NCBI RefSeq assembly: GCF_020745735.1 | Contig: NC_083421.1 | Location: 55,543,001 to 55,607,000, forward strand | From: Hemiscyllium ocellatum | Taxonomy: Eukaryota | Direction: 5' to 3' | DNA length: 64,000 bases | In this document: one piece after another, positions 24,430 through 35,720 of the stretch | How positions within the stretch are numbered: position 1 is the first letter of the stretch | Layout: the number at the start of each line of letters is the position of its first letter | Translations under genes and position numbers: made by a program | The notes under the pieces: generated by a model | Told to the model about the DNA's origin: nothing | The model's database searches: none | What the model saw: the letters and a program-made list of their open reading frames with translations, nothing else

Positions 24430-26165
24430 GGAATTAACTATGGGAAAAATGGCATGTGTTTTGAATAATTACTTTGTCTCAGTATTTACAGGAGAAGAGG
24501 AATATGGCTCGCCAGAAAGTCCCGAGGAAATTAATAGTGGATCAGAAACAGGAACTGAACAAAAGTGAACTAAATAAACATTGGCAATGAGAAAATTAAC
24601 AAAATTAAAGAGTGACAAATCCCTGGAACCTGACAGTTTCCATCTGAAGTATAAGGGAAGCACATTGCAGATGCCCCAACTATAATCTCTCAGAGTCCCT
24701 AGTTACAGGAGTTGTCCCTCTGAAATGGTAAATTGCATGCCATTCTGTTTCAAAAGAAAGGTGAAAAATCAGAATTGCAGACAAGTTAGCCGAACATCTG
24801 AGGAAGGAAACTGAGGGAATTTTTAAGCAAGGATGGGGAAACTGAACACATTGGAAATTTTCAGTTAATGAGACAGCCAGTATGGATTCATAACGGGTAG
24901 GTCATGCCTGACAAATCTCACAGAATTTTTCGAAGAGGTGACTAAAGTACTGAACAGGGAATTGTGAATGGATGTCGGCTATATGGACTTTCAGAAGGCA
25001 TTTGATAAAGTCCTACATAAAAGAAGCCCACAGAATGGAGGGTAAATTACTGACATGGCTGGGAAATTGGTTGAAGGGTAGGTGGCAGAAAGTAGGGATA
25101 ATGGGCAAGTCTGCAAATTGACATGTTGTGACCAGTAGAATCCCACAAGGATCTATGGTTGGGCCTCAATTATTCACATTATTCATTAATAACTTGGATA
25201 ACAAAAGTCATACATCCAAATTTGCTGATGACACAAAGTTAGGCCACATTGTAGGCAGCGTAGCAGATAGGATAAAATTACACAGGGACATTGATTAACT
25301 ACGTCAATGGACAAAACTGTGTCAGATGGAGTTCAATGCATGCAAGTGTGACATTATCCATTTTGGACCGTAAACTGGATGAATCAGGATACTTTCTAGA
25401 TGATATGAAGTTAAATACAAATGTTCAAAGAGACTTGGGGGTTCAGGTGCATAGATCTTTAAAATGGAACAAACAGGTGTAGAAGATAAAAAGAAATCTA
25501 ATTGAAGTCGGGTCCTTATATTTAGAGATCGGAGTTCAAGGATGCTGGAGTTCGATGCAGTTGTACAAAACACTGGTTAGACTGGGCACCATACATTAGG
25601 GAATATATGTTGGCCTTAAGGGGAGTACAACGTACGTTTACAAGAATGAAATCAGGACTTAGGGACTAAGTTTGTGAGGAAAGAGTATGTAAATTAGTCT
25701 GGTTTTCTCCAGAATTTAGAAGATTAAAAGTTGACCTGATCAAGTCTTCGAAACTATTGACAGAGAAATGCAGGGTAGGCAGAATCAAACAATTTTCACT
25801 GCTTGGGGATTCTAGAGCATTGTCTGAGAATTAGGATCAGACCATTCATGAGGGGGTTTAGGAAGCACTTCTATCTACTTTTCTAATCGAGCTGCTCAGA
25901 GATGTTATTACAGACCTCTGGAGCAGATGGAACTTGAACCTGGGCTACACAAAAAGGCAGTAGATATTTGGAACACCCTTCCACAAACAGTGGATACTGG
26001 ATCAGTTGTTAATTTTAAATTTGAGATTTTCTTTTGTTAAGCAATGATATTAAGGGATACGGTCCAAAGGCAGGTATACCGAGTTAGACCACATTCAACC
26101 AATATACCATTGAATGGTGGAACAGGGTCCAGAAGCTGAATGATTTAGTTCTGTTTGTAGATGTA
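24430..26165 (+). mobile_element. CR1 LINE RT region and 3' end
   Basis: FQKAFDKVLH, GIPQGS, KFADDTKL (25218-25241), QRDLGVQVH; short SINE piece inserted at about 25880-25945. Confidence 0.88.
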
Positions 26166-26557
26166 TTTTTCATCCTGAGCAACCATTCTATAGTTCTACA
26201 ATTGAGAGGTGACTGCCGCAACCACACATGTAACATAACTAATAGAGAAACTGTGTAACAAACCACATCAGACAACTGAAACCTTGAGTAGAGGTAGTGC
26301 TGTGGAATAATGAGCCATACCTCAGACCTACATTTGTCTGCAGACTGCCAACTCATGTTAATTATATTGTCATAGTATTGGCAGTTCTACAGTCCCTCAC
26401 TTTCTAATAAAACGGTGTGACAAAAGGAAGGGATACAAGAAAAAAAAGTTAAAGGCTATTTTTACTTGTAGCATTTGGCATCAATTGCTCTGGGGAGCTT
26501 ACAATTATATAAAACACTAGCACAGATACACAATAATTACAACAATCTGTTCCTTAC

Positions 26558-26591
26558 CTTTGATGCACCATTCCCCCAAGCTGGTTCACTA
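26558..26591 (-). CDS. FUBP3: FUBP3 exon 3 (34 nt): (V)VNQLGGMVHQ(R)
   Basis: Polypyrimidine tract + CAG acceptor, GTAAGG donor; resembles human VGNQLGALVHQR; phase 1 to 2. Confidence 0.92.
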
Positions 26592-26849
26592 CTGAGAAAA
26601 GGGAAAGGAGAATTAAAGTCTGGAAGCACAAATACACCTTGTGCAGATTTCTCCCATACACTCTTATTCTGCTGTTAACACACAGGAGCCTCCAGAAGTA
26701 CATTCCAGATCAGACCTTATTGAAATGAGATCTGCAATTAAAATACCTGGATCGATACTGCAACCATTACTTGAAGTTACAATCTGCACACAACTCAACA
26801 GCAAATACCGTAACAATAAAAATGGTACAGATGAAAATATAACTTCATA

Positions 26850-27610
26850 AAGAGAATGAGTGGGCAAAGTCACAGCAAATGGAATGTTGACGGAGAGGTT
26901 CTCCACTTCATCCCGAATATGATAACACAGGATACTTTTGAATGGTGAAAAGTAGAGGTCCAAAGAGACTGGGGTCCACGTTATTAAAAAAACAACATGA
27001 ACAGGTACAGAGAACAGTCAAAAAGGCTAATACCATGGAGGCTTTCAAATCTAAAGGATTAGAATACAAAAAGAGTGGAAGCCCTGTCTCAGTTATATTG
27101 AGGTCTGGTTTTGCAGCACTTTGAGTACTGTGGGCAGGTCTGAGTGCCAATCACAGGAAGGATGTATTGGCTTTGGAGAGCGCATAGCATAGATTTACTA
27201 GAATGACACCTGGAACTTAAGAATTCCCTTAACAGGGCAGACTACACAAGCTACAGTTTACTTCTGAAATTTAAAAAGTGGTTTAATCGGCTTTCAAGGT
27301 ATTAGGAAGACCACAGATAGACAAAAAGAAAGTACTTCCATTGGTTAGGGAATCTAAGGCTAAGGGGCATTAGAGTCTGATCATTAACAAATGAAGTTAG
27401 AAGACACTTTCATGCAAAGCATGTAGAAGTTTGGAACTTTCTTCTGCCAAACAGCAATCAACACTGGACCAATTGTTATTTTTTTGTAGATTTTTGCAAC
27501 CTGAAGTTATTGAGACATGTGGGGCAAACTACATAAAGTTAGGTCACAGAAAGCCATGATCTCACTGAATGACAGAAGAGGGTCAAGGTGCAAAATGGAC
27601 TTTTGTATTC
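26850..27610 (+). mobile_element. Old CR1 3' fragment
   Basis: Homologous to 25310-26160. Confidence 0.7.
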
Positions 27611-30107
27611 ATATGGATGTACATAATAAAAGCATTATTTATCAACAACTCACTGCAGGTTATTTTAATTCCAATGTGATTATATAAATATAATCCTTCA
27701 GAGTGTAAGTCAAGTGAATTGAGTGTCCTGGCTGGCAGTATTTACCTGGGCAACACGTCAGATAACTTTGAAAAAAAACAAATGAGTGGAAGTTTGTCCA
27801 GCAAAGCTCTCAGCATCCAAGTAACCAAGATACTGAGGCTAAACTACCTTGACAATCACCCAGTATTTAGGCAAAAGCCTTTTCCTTTGTTACATACAAC
27901 TCAGGGTACGGTTCTGTCACCTTTGTGTAACAATTCTTTACAAAAGTTAATGAAGTCAGCCAGACAATGCTTTGAACAGCTGCTAGATAAACCCTGCAAG
28001 ACTGGACTAAACTAATTCCACCATGAATGACACTTTTGAAGCACTAAGGCAACAGAATATCAAGCAGTAAAATCACTGCACATGCAACTAAACTTTCAAA
28101 ATTCATTCAACAGAAAAATTAATTCTTACTGTACTTTGAAGGGAAGACTGCAGCTCTGAGAAACAGTTACACACCTGTATTTATAATAAACAGCTTAGCG
28201 CCAACCAAGCAAAAACTTTCCCATACAAACCCCCACCTAGACAGGCAAGTTTTCAGTACAGCTAGACATTATTAAGACGACACCCAAATTGACTCAAAAC
28301 ATTTCTCCACTCGTGCTGCTGCTTTTCCAATGGCCAGTGGCAGATAAGCAGAGAAGCAATTTACAAAGCAGATGGACAATATCAGGACATACAACTTCGA
28401 AAACCAGCAAAGACAGAACTCCGAAAGCATCAGAACTGAACTGTGACCTGCAACTACTTTAAAAGACAGGTTTTACAGCCATTTTCAATTCACTGTGTGC
28501 AAACCAGTCCCAGGAAACAGAAAGCTCAGCCAGCAACAGTCACCCAACTATAAATGCAAAAAGGCCTCCCCAACTGTTTGCAGTGGAAGGTGCATTTACA
28601 AGTGCTTTTTCATATACAAACTTTTAAAAAATAAAAAGCTGAGGCTGAAAGTTGAGAAAATATATTTATATATCTATTTTAAGATTAGGAAACAAAAACT
28701 AGGATAAAGCCTGACAGTACAGTGCAGTGTGTTTTTAAAAAGTCAGCTTATCCAACAACTTGTATTTAGAAAGAACCATTGGCATAGAAAACCATTGACA
28801 GAAATCATCAGAATAAAAATGGACCTCCTAGCCAAAAGAAGATATTGGAACAAAGACTGAACATGGCCCTTAATTCTAAACTAAACCCAAGAGACAGGCA
28901 ATTTCTTCCTGCAGAGTTGAATCAAACTTGACTGACAGTAAAAACGACAAGCAAAAACACAAAACCGTACTCAAATGATTAAAAGATATTTAAAACTACC
29001 ACAGAAAACTGCTAGCAATTTTACGGTGAAATTAATCTTTAACAGGATAAAGAGTTAAAGCAGCTCCATTAAACTTCTAAAGAAAGCCCAGAAATGATAC
29101 ACTGGGAAAGGAGTCATGCAAATACAGAATTATATTTCAATTCCACAGGCTAAGATAGATTGAACAGATGATTTATAAAAAGCAGGGTCTATAACTTCTA
29201 ACTATAAAATGAAGACATAAACAGTTTGCTGGTAAGGAAGGAAGAAAGACAAAAATGCTTGAATAAAAGAAAGCATAAACTGAGCAGCAATGTTTTCAAA
29301 AACTACATATTACAATTAAGCAATGAGAAAATACTCTAATGTCATTATTATATATAAAACACAAATTGCAGTATCCTCACAGTAAACTGGCCAGTGAAAG
29401 CACCAATGTTTTGTTGTCAGTCTTAACAGGTTACCAAAGCAGCTTTGTCGATGTGACTTCAGTCTCCTTGTACTTAGCTGCTTACAAAAAGTCTGACAAT
29501 ACATAAGCCAAGGTTCAACTTCAACTATTAACCTGGTTTCAAATTCTCTACAGCCACTAATCACCATTATTTTCTTAGAACTAAAATAATGAAAATATAG
29601 TTCAAAGAAAATCAGTTTCAAATTGACGAGAGCTTCAGCATTTACTTAGAACGTTTGTTACTAAATGTTATTTCCAGAGACCAGTTTGTCTTCTGATGCA
29701 CTTGTGGTGAGGTTTCCTTCATCAGCTAACAGATCAAAACTTTCACCACTTGTCCTTCACTTAAAAATGAAGGAGCAACTGGTAGTTAAAAAATTTTGAA
29801 ATAAGGCATCATACAAAGACAATTTTTGCTTCATGCAAAGATCTTTTCATTCAAGGAGATGCATACTTCCACCAACAGAAAATTACGCGGACAAGTCCCC
29901 AACAGTTTTATAAATTACTTCAAACTAACTGCCTTTTTGCACTCAGATCAAGAACTGTGAAGTGCAGAACAAAAATGGTGGACTCAACATTTTTTTTAAA
30001 TGATAATGGAATTAAAAGCCATGAAATGGCAGTACAATCAATTTAACCACAATGCTCGGCAATAACAATGTATTCAAGTTAAGGTTGCAATAAAACTAAA
30101 CCTTTAC

Positions 30108-30132
30108 CTCCCTGTTGCTGTAGTGCCTACCA
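30108..30132 (-). CDS. FUBP3: Candidate alternative FUBP3 microexon 3b (25 nt): (V)VGTTATG(R)
   Basis: CCAG acceptor preceded by about 80 nt with no AG; GAG|GTAAAG donor; open, phase 1 to 2. Confidence 0.4.
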
Positions 30133-30209
30133 CTGGTAAGTGGGAGTCAAGTATACATGGAAAGATCAAATTCACAACAGAACGAAATGCACAAAACAGA
30201 AATATAGGG

Positions 30210-33087
30210 GAGATAAACTAATGGTGCAAGAGATAGTGTAATATGCACAGGGATTCAGTTCCTTGGATCACTGGGATCTCTACTGGGACAGAAAAGCCTG
30301 TTCAAAAAGAATGGTTTCCCACGAACTGGAAAAGGACCATTAGCCTGGTGGGGAGATTTGCTCATTTTATTTCAGGAGTCTGTAAATCTTTGGGAGAAGC
30401 GGCTTCCTAAGTGACAGTGCAAATAGAAAGACAGATAACAATTAGAAAACAGCAAGTTAATTAGAAAAGATAGATCAGAGCAAGTCAGAGAACAAAGTAA
30501 CTCTGAATAATTAAATTGTGTTTATTTCAATGCAAGCAGTCTTACAGGTAAGGATGAAGAACTCAGGACACGTTTGGGAAAATGGGACTGGAATATCATA
30601 GCTATTTCAGAAATTTGATTGTGAGAAAGACAGGACTGTTCAATGCACCAGGTTTTCAATGTTATAGGAAGGATAGAAAGGGAGGGAAAGTGGAGGCGAA
30701 GCGGTATTTTTGATTAAAACATTACTATTGTAATTAGAAAAGATATTTGAGGGATCATTTAGTGAAAATATATGGGTTGAAATTAGAAGAAAGAAAGAGA
30801 TGATCACCTTAATAAAATTGTACTATAGGCCACCCAATAGTCAAAGGGAAATTAGGGAGCAAATATGTAGTGAGATCTCAGATATATGTAGGAATAACAG
30901 GGTTACAATTGCAGGGGATTTTAATTTTCCAAACATTGACTGAGGTTGCCATTGTGTTAAGAGTTTGGATGATGAAGAATTTGTTAAGTATGTTCAAGAA
31001 AATTTTCTTTATCAATGTAAGCATGCCTATTAGAGAAGGAGCAAAACTTGACCTTCTCTTGGGAAATAAGGCAGGGCAAGTGACTGAAGTATGAGTTGGG
31101 GAACACTGAGCCTAGTGATCATAATTCCATCAGTTTTTAAATATTTATGGAAAAGAATAAGTCTTCCATAAAAGTTAAAAGTCCTTAAGCGCAGTAAGGC
31201 AAATTTTAATGCTTAAGACAAGAACTTTCAAAAGTTGATTGGCATAGACTGTTTGCAGGTAAAGGGACAACTGACAGTGAAGGCTTTTAAAAGTGTGATA
31301 AGAGGAATTCAGAGGCATCATATTGTTGTTAGTGGAGTGTAAGGCCAGTAAAAGCAGGGAACAATGGATGAATAAAGTATTGAGGTTCTAGTCAAGTTAG
31401 ATATAGACAACTGTGATCAAACAAATCTCTTGAAGATTATAGTGTAGGGGCATTCTTAAGAAGGAAATCAGAAAGGCGAAGAGGGAAGATGAGATAGCTT
31501 TGGCAGTTAAGGTTAAAGATAATCCAAAAAGGTTGTACATTAAGAGCAAGACAGGCATTCGAGACAGCAGAACGCCTTAAAAGATCAACAAGGTTGTCTT
31601 TGTATTGAACCTCAGGAGCTGGGAGAGATATTAAATGAATATTTTGTCAATATTTACTGCTAAGAAAGAAATGGAAACTGGTTAACTCGGAAATAAATAT
31701 TGATGGTTTGAAAACAGTTCACATTACAGTAGTAGTGCTGGAGGTCTTAAACATAAAAGGTAGATAAATCTCCAGAACCTGATCAAATGTATCTCAGACA
31801 TTGTGGGAAATTAGGGAGAAACAGCAGGATCCCTAGCAGAAATATTTGTATCATCTCTGAACAGGGGGGAGTACTGTGGAAGACTGGAGGGTGGCCAGTG
31901 TTGTCCCATTGTTTAAGATAGGCAGTAAGGAAAAGTCTGGAAACTATAGACCTAAATGTCTGACATTGGTAACGGGTAAGTTGCAGGAGGTGATTCTGAA
32001 AGATAGGATTTTGATGTATTTGGGGAGCAAAGGATTGAGTAGGGATAGTCAGCATGGTTTTGTGCGAGTAAAATCAGGTCTCACAAACTGGATTGGGTTT
32101 TTTAAATGAAGTAACCAAAAAGACTAATGAGGGCAGAGCGGTACATGTTGTTTACTTGGACTTCAGTAAAGGCTTTGACAAGGTTCCGCATGGTAGACTA
32201 ATTAGTAAAGTTAGATCACGTGAGATTCAGAGTGAGCTTCCAAATTGAATATCTAATTGGCTTTATGTAAGGAGACAGAGGTGGTGGTGGAGGGCTGTTT
32301 TTTTGGAGTGGAGGCCTGTAATCAAGAGTGTTCCACAGCGATTGATACTAGTTCACTTTTGTTTGTTGTTTATGTGAATGATTTAGATGAGAATACATGA
32401 GGTATGATTAGTAAGGTGGCAGATGACACCAAAATTGGGAGAATCATGGACAGGGAAGAGGGTTATCTAAGATTACAAACAGATCTTGATCAATTGAGTA
32501 TCTGCCACCGCGAGCCCATTTAGAGTTTAATTTGGATAAGTGTGAGGTATTGCATTGAAAGTACATACAACGACATGATTTATACAAATTAATTGTAGAG
32601 CTCTGGCTAGTGTTATAGAACAGACACCAGGGATGCCTTGAAATTTGCATCACAAGTAGACAGGTCAAACAATAAATTGAAAAGGCTGGGATACTTTTCA
32701 TTGCAGCGTAGGAGGTTGAGGAGTGACTTTGTTCAGGTTCTTAAAATCACGAGGGGTGTAAATAAGGTAAAAGTCAGGGATCTTTTCCCAAGGGTGGGAG
32801 AGTTGAAAACTAGGTGGCATATTTTTCAAGGTGAAAGGAGAAAGACTAAGAAAGGACATGGGGGCCAATGTTTTTAGAGTGCTTGCATATGTGGAGTGAA
32901 CTACTAGAGAAAGTGGTAGTTGTGAATACAGTTACAACATTTAAAAGATATGTGAATAAGTTCAAGAAAGGTAAAGTTTGGAGGGATGTGGCCAGGCGCA
33001 GGCAGGTGAGACGAATTTAGTTGGGGGAACATGGTTGGCATGGATTGCTTGGTCCGAAGGGTCTGCTTCCATGCTGTATGACTCTAG
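30210..33087 (+). mobile_element. Long decayed CR1 (ORF1 end, APE endonuclease, RT, 3' UTR)
   Basis: YFNAS, YYRPPNS, GDFNFP, LDLLLGNKAGQV, EDWRVASVVPLFK...NYRP, DFSKGFDKVPH, ADDTKIG. Confidence 0.9.
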
Positions 33088-33262
33088 ATAACGTACCACC
33101 AGTGTAGCTTTGTTCTCCACCCAAGAACCACCTATCGCACCAACAATCATGACAACTTCCTTTGCAGGGAACAGAAAACAGCTTTTTCAGAATGGATTCC
33201 AAGCATGGAGTAAAGAGAAAATACAGTGTCCCTTTCCCCTGTCCATTAATGGCAAGCATCAC

Positions 33263-33308
33263 CTTCGCTTAGTAAGTGACTTGGCTGCTCCATGATCTCT
33301 CAAACCAG
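33263..33308 (-). CDS. FUBP3: Candidate alternative FUBP3 exon 3a (46 nt): (A)GLRDHGAAKSLTKR(R)
   Basis: TGTTTGACAG acceptor and AAG|GTGATG donor; open in the exon 2 frame; phase 1 to 2 like exon 3; non-repetitive sequence. Confidence 0.5.
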
Positions 33309-33581
33309 CTGTCAAACAGCATAGAATTTGCATGTCTTGTTTATGTTATACCACCATGGTAAGTAACTGACCTCCTTGTCCTAACCTCACAGAAGCTTGA
33401 AAGTTATACCAGCATATCAAGAGTCATGGGTGCAAGTTGATGTACTGCAGCTCCAATATCATGCTTGTTCTGGCAGCATTTTGAATTTAACAATAAATGC
33501 AACCACAACACAGCACAAAAAAACTCTTAAAATCAAGCAGTTAAACAGAGAAAGAAAAAAAGCGCTGAGCAAATGACTTAC

Positions 33582-33687
33582 CCCCATCATCGAGTGTTCG
33601 TTTCTGAGTCCCATAGCCGTAGACTGCAGGATCTACCACAGGAGTAGAATTGTTCAGGTGTGAACCAGCATCTATTTTAGCAGCAAT
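33582..33687 (-). CDS. FUBP3: FUBP3 exon 2 (106 nt): IAAKIDAGSHLNNSTPVVDPAVYGYGTQKRTLDDG
   Basis: AAG acceptor (AG at 33688-33689), GTAAGT donor at 33581-33576; phase 0 to 1. Confidence 0.95.
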
Positions 33688-34294
33688 CTTTCACAAAGAG
33701 AGAAAAAGAAAACTTAATATTTTAGAACAAAACAAATACTTCAACTGTTTTGCACTGAAATATTTTGCTTTATAATTGAATTTGGCTGTAATCTTAGATA
33801 GTGTGTCCTTCATCAGGAATGTGGGGATGCCCACAGGGGCTGAGATAAATGAGAGAGGGTGAGGCTGGGGAAAGATAGCTAGGAATGGGGAGGGGGGATG
33901 AAGAGGGCTGGTGGAAGTCATGGTGATAGGTCAGAGCAGAGGATGGAGCAGATAGGTGAGAAAGTTAATGGACAGGTAGGGCAGTGCCGAGTTTTTTGGG
34001 GGCTGGGGGGAGGAGGAAACTAGGAGGAGGAAACTGGTGAAATCCACATGATCCTAGGTAGGTGGAAGACAAAACATTCTTCCTCCAGGCATCGGGTGCC
34101 TAGGATCTGATGGTGGAGGTGGCCCAGGACTTGTATGTCCTTGGTGGAGTGGGAGGGGGAGTTGAAGTGTTCAGCCACAGGGTAGTGGGGGTGCTTAGTG
34201 CGTGTGCCTCGTCTCCCCAGTGTAGAGGACACCATATTGGAGAGCAACGGACACAGCAAATGACATGTGTGGAGTTGAAGGAAAATCTCTGCTG

Positions 34295-34587
34295 GATTAG
34301 ATTAGATTACTTACAGTATGGAAACAGGCCCTTCGACCCAACAAGTCCACACCGACCCGCTGAAGCGCAACCCACCCATACCCCTACATTTACCCTACGG
34401 GCAGTTTAGCATGGCCAATTTACCTGACCTGCACATTTTTGTGACTGTGGGAGGAAACCGGAGCACCCGGAGGAAACCCATGCAGACGCGGGGAGAATGT
34501 GCAAACTCCACAGTCAGTCGCCTGAATCAGGAATTGAACCCAGGTCTCTGGTGCTGTGAGGCAGCAGTGCTAACCACTGTGCCGCCC
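34295..34587 (-). mobile_element. HE1-like V-SINE nested in the PLE family B left arm
   Basis: Reverse complement of the other copies; interrupts host sequence aaatctctgctgg...atgtggaagg. Confidence 0.9.
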
Positions 34588-35354
34588 ACAATGTGGAAGG
34601 ATCCTTTGGAGTCTTGGATGAAGGTGAGGGGGGAGGGTATGGGTGCTGGTTTTACACCTCTTGCGGTGGCAAGGTAAGGATTGAAGAGTGGGTTGGTGGT
34701 GAGGGTGGTGGAAATGGCAGTGGATGATGCTTTGAATTTGGAGGTCGGTGGTGGTTTCTGCCCTTGTTGTGATTGGAGGGATGGGGCTGCCCACTTCCAC
34801 ACCTCTGCCATTTGAACCACATCCCTCCAATCACAAGGACAGAACAACCCCCCCCCCCCCCCACTCCCCACAACCTCCAAATACAACGCATCATCCTCCG
34901 CCATCTACACTACCAATTCCCCACCACAAAATGACCCTTCACTCCCAGCACCTTCCCTTGCCACCGCAACAGCTGTCATACCTACGCCCACACCTCCCCT
35001 AACTCATCTCCAACCAAGGCCCCAAGTATCCTTCCATATCCGGCAGAGCCACACACATCTACCGCATCTGTTGCTCCCAGCGTGCTCTCCCCTACATTGG
35101 GGAGACAGGACACCAACTTGTGGAACAATTCAGAGAACATCTGAGACACACGCACTAAAGAACCCCACCACCCTGTGGCCAAACACTTCAACTCCCCCTC
35201 CGGCTCCACCAAGGGCATGCAAGTCTTGGGCCTCCTCCACTGCCAAATTCTAGTCACCCGACACTGGAGGAAGAACACCTCCAACCACATGACATCAATG
35301 TTGATTTCACCAGTTCCTCATCTCCCCTCCCTCTACCTTATTCCAGATCCAATC

Positions 35355-35720
35355 GGGAGAAAGTGAGGACTGAAGATGCTGGAGATCAGAGGTGAAAATG
35401 TGTTGCTGGAAAAGCGCAGGTCAGGCAGCATCCAAAAAGCAGGGGAGTCGACATTTCAGGCATGAGCCCTTCTTCAGGAATGAGAAAAGGTGTGTCCAGG
35501 AGGCTAAGAGAAAAGTTAGGGCAGAGGAACTTGGGGGAGGGGCACTGGAAATGAGATAGGTGGAAGGAGGTCAAAGTGAGGGTGATAGGCCGGAGTGGGA
35601 GTGGGGGCGGAGAGGTCAGGAAGAAAATTGCAGGTTAGGAAGGCAGTGCTGAGTTCGAGGGATTTGACTGAGACAAGGTGGGTGGGGGAGGGGAAATGAG
35701 GAAGCTGGAGAAATCTGAGC
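35355..35720 (-). mobile_element. PLE family B 3'-end fragment inserted into the right arm, decayed hammerhead at about 35445-35482
   Basis: Flanked by TCCAGATCCAA at 35342-35352 and 35721-35731; minus strand reads CTGAAGA-AGGGCTCATGCCT-GAAATGTC. Confidence 0.75.

Larger units (their letters stand above)
40..33687 (-). other. FUBP3: FUBP3 gene, partial (coding exons 2-12; KH1-KH3 and start of KH4)
   Basis: Eleven exons splice in frame into IAAKIDAGSHLNNSTPVVDPAVYGYGTQKRTLDDG...VPDKMVGFIIGRGGEQISRIQ...AKRLLGQIVDRCRNGPGFHNDID...[26 protein letters not shown] and LGQIVDRCRNGPGFH match FUBP3 rather than FUBP1 or KHSRP. Confidence 0.95.

Noticed and set aside
29646-29759. Possible poison exon (ttttaag acceptor, early TGA) and a CTGATGA...GAAAC motif
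   Set aside because: Donor TAA|GTAAAT is weak; the motif has no room for stem II, so it is not a hammerhead.
33310-33480. Intronic snoRNA or miRNA near exon 2
   Set aside because: No matched C/D or H/ACA box pair with terminal stem and no clean long hairpin.
40-33687. Assignment to FUBP1 or KHSRP
   Set aside because: Diagnostic peptides and the single 34-nt exon between exon 2 and KH1 fit FUBP3.
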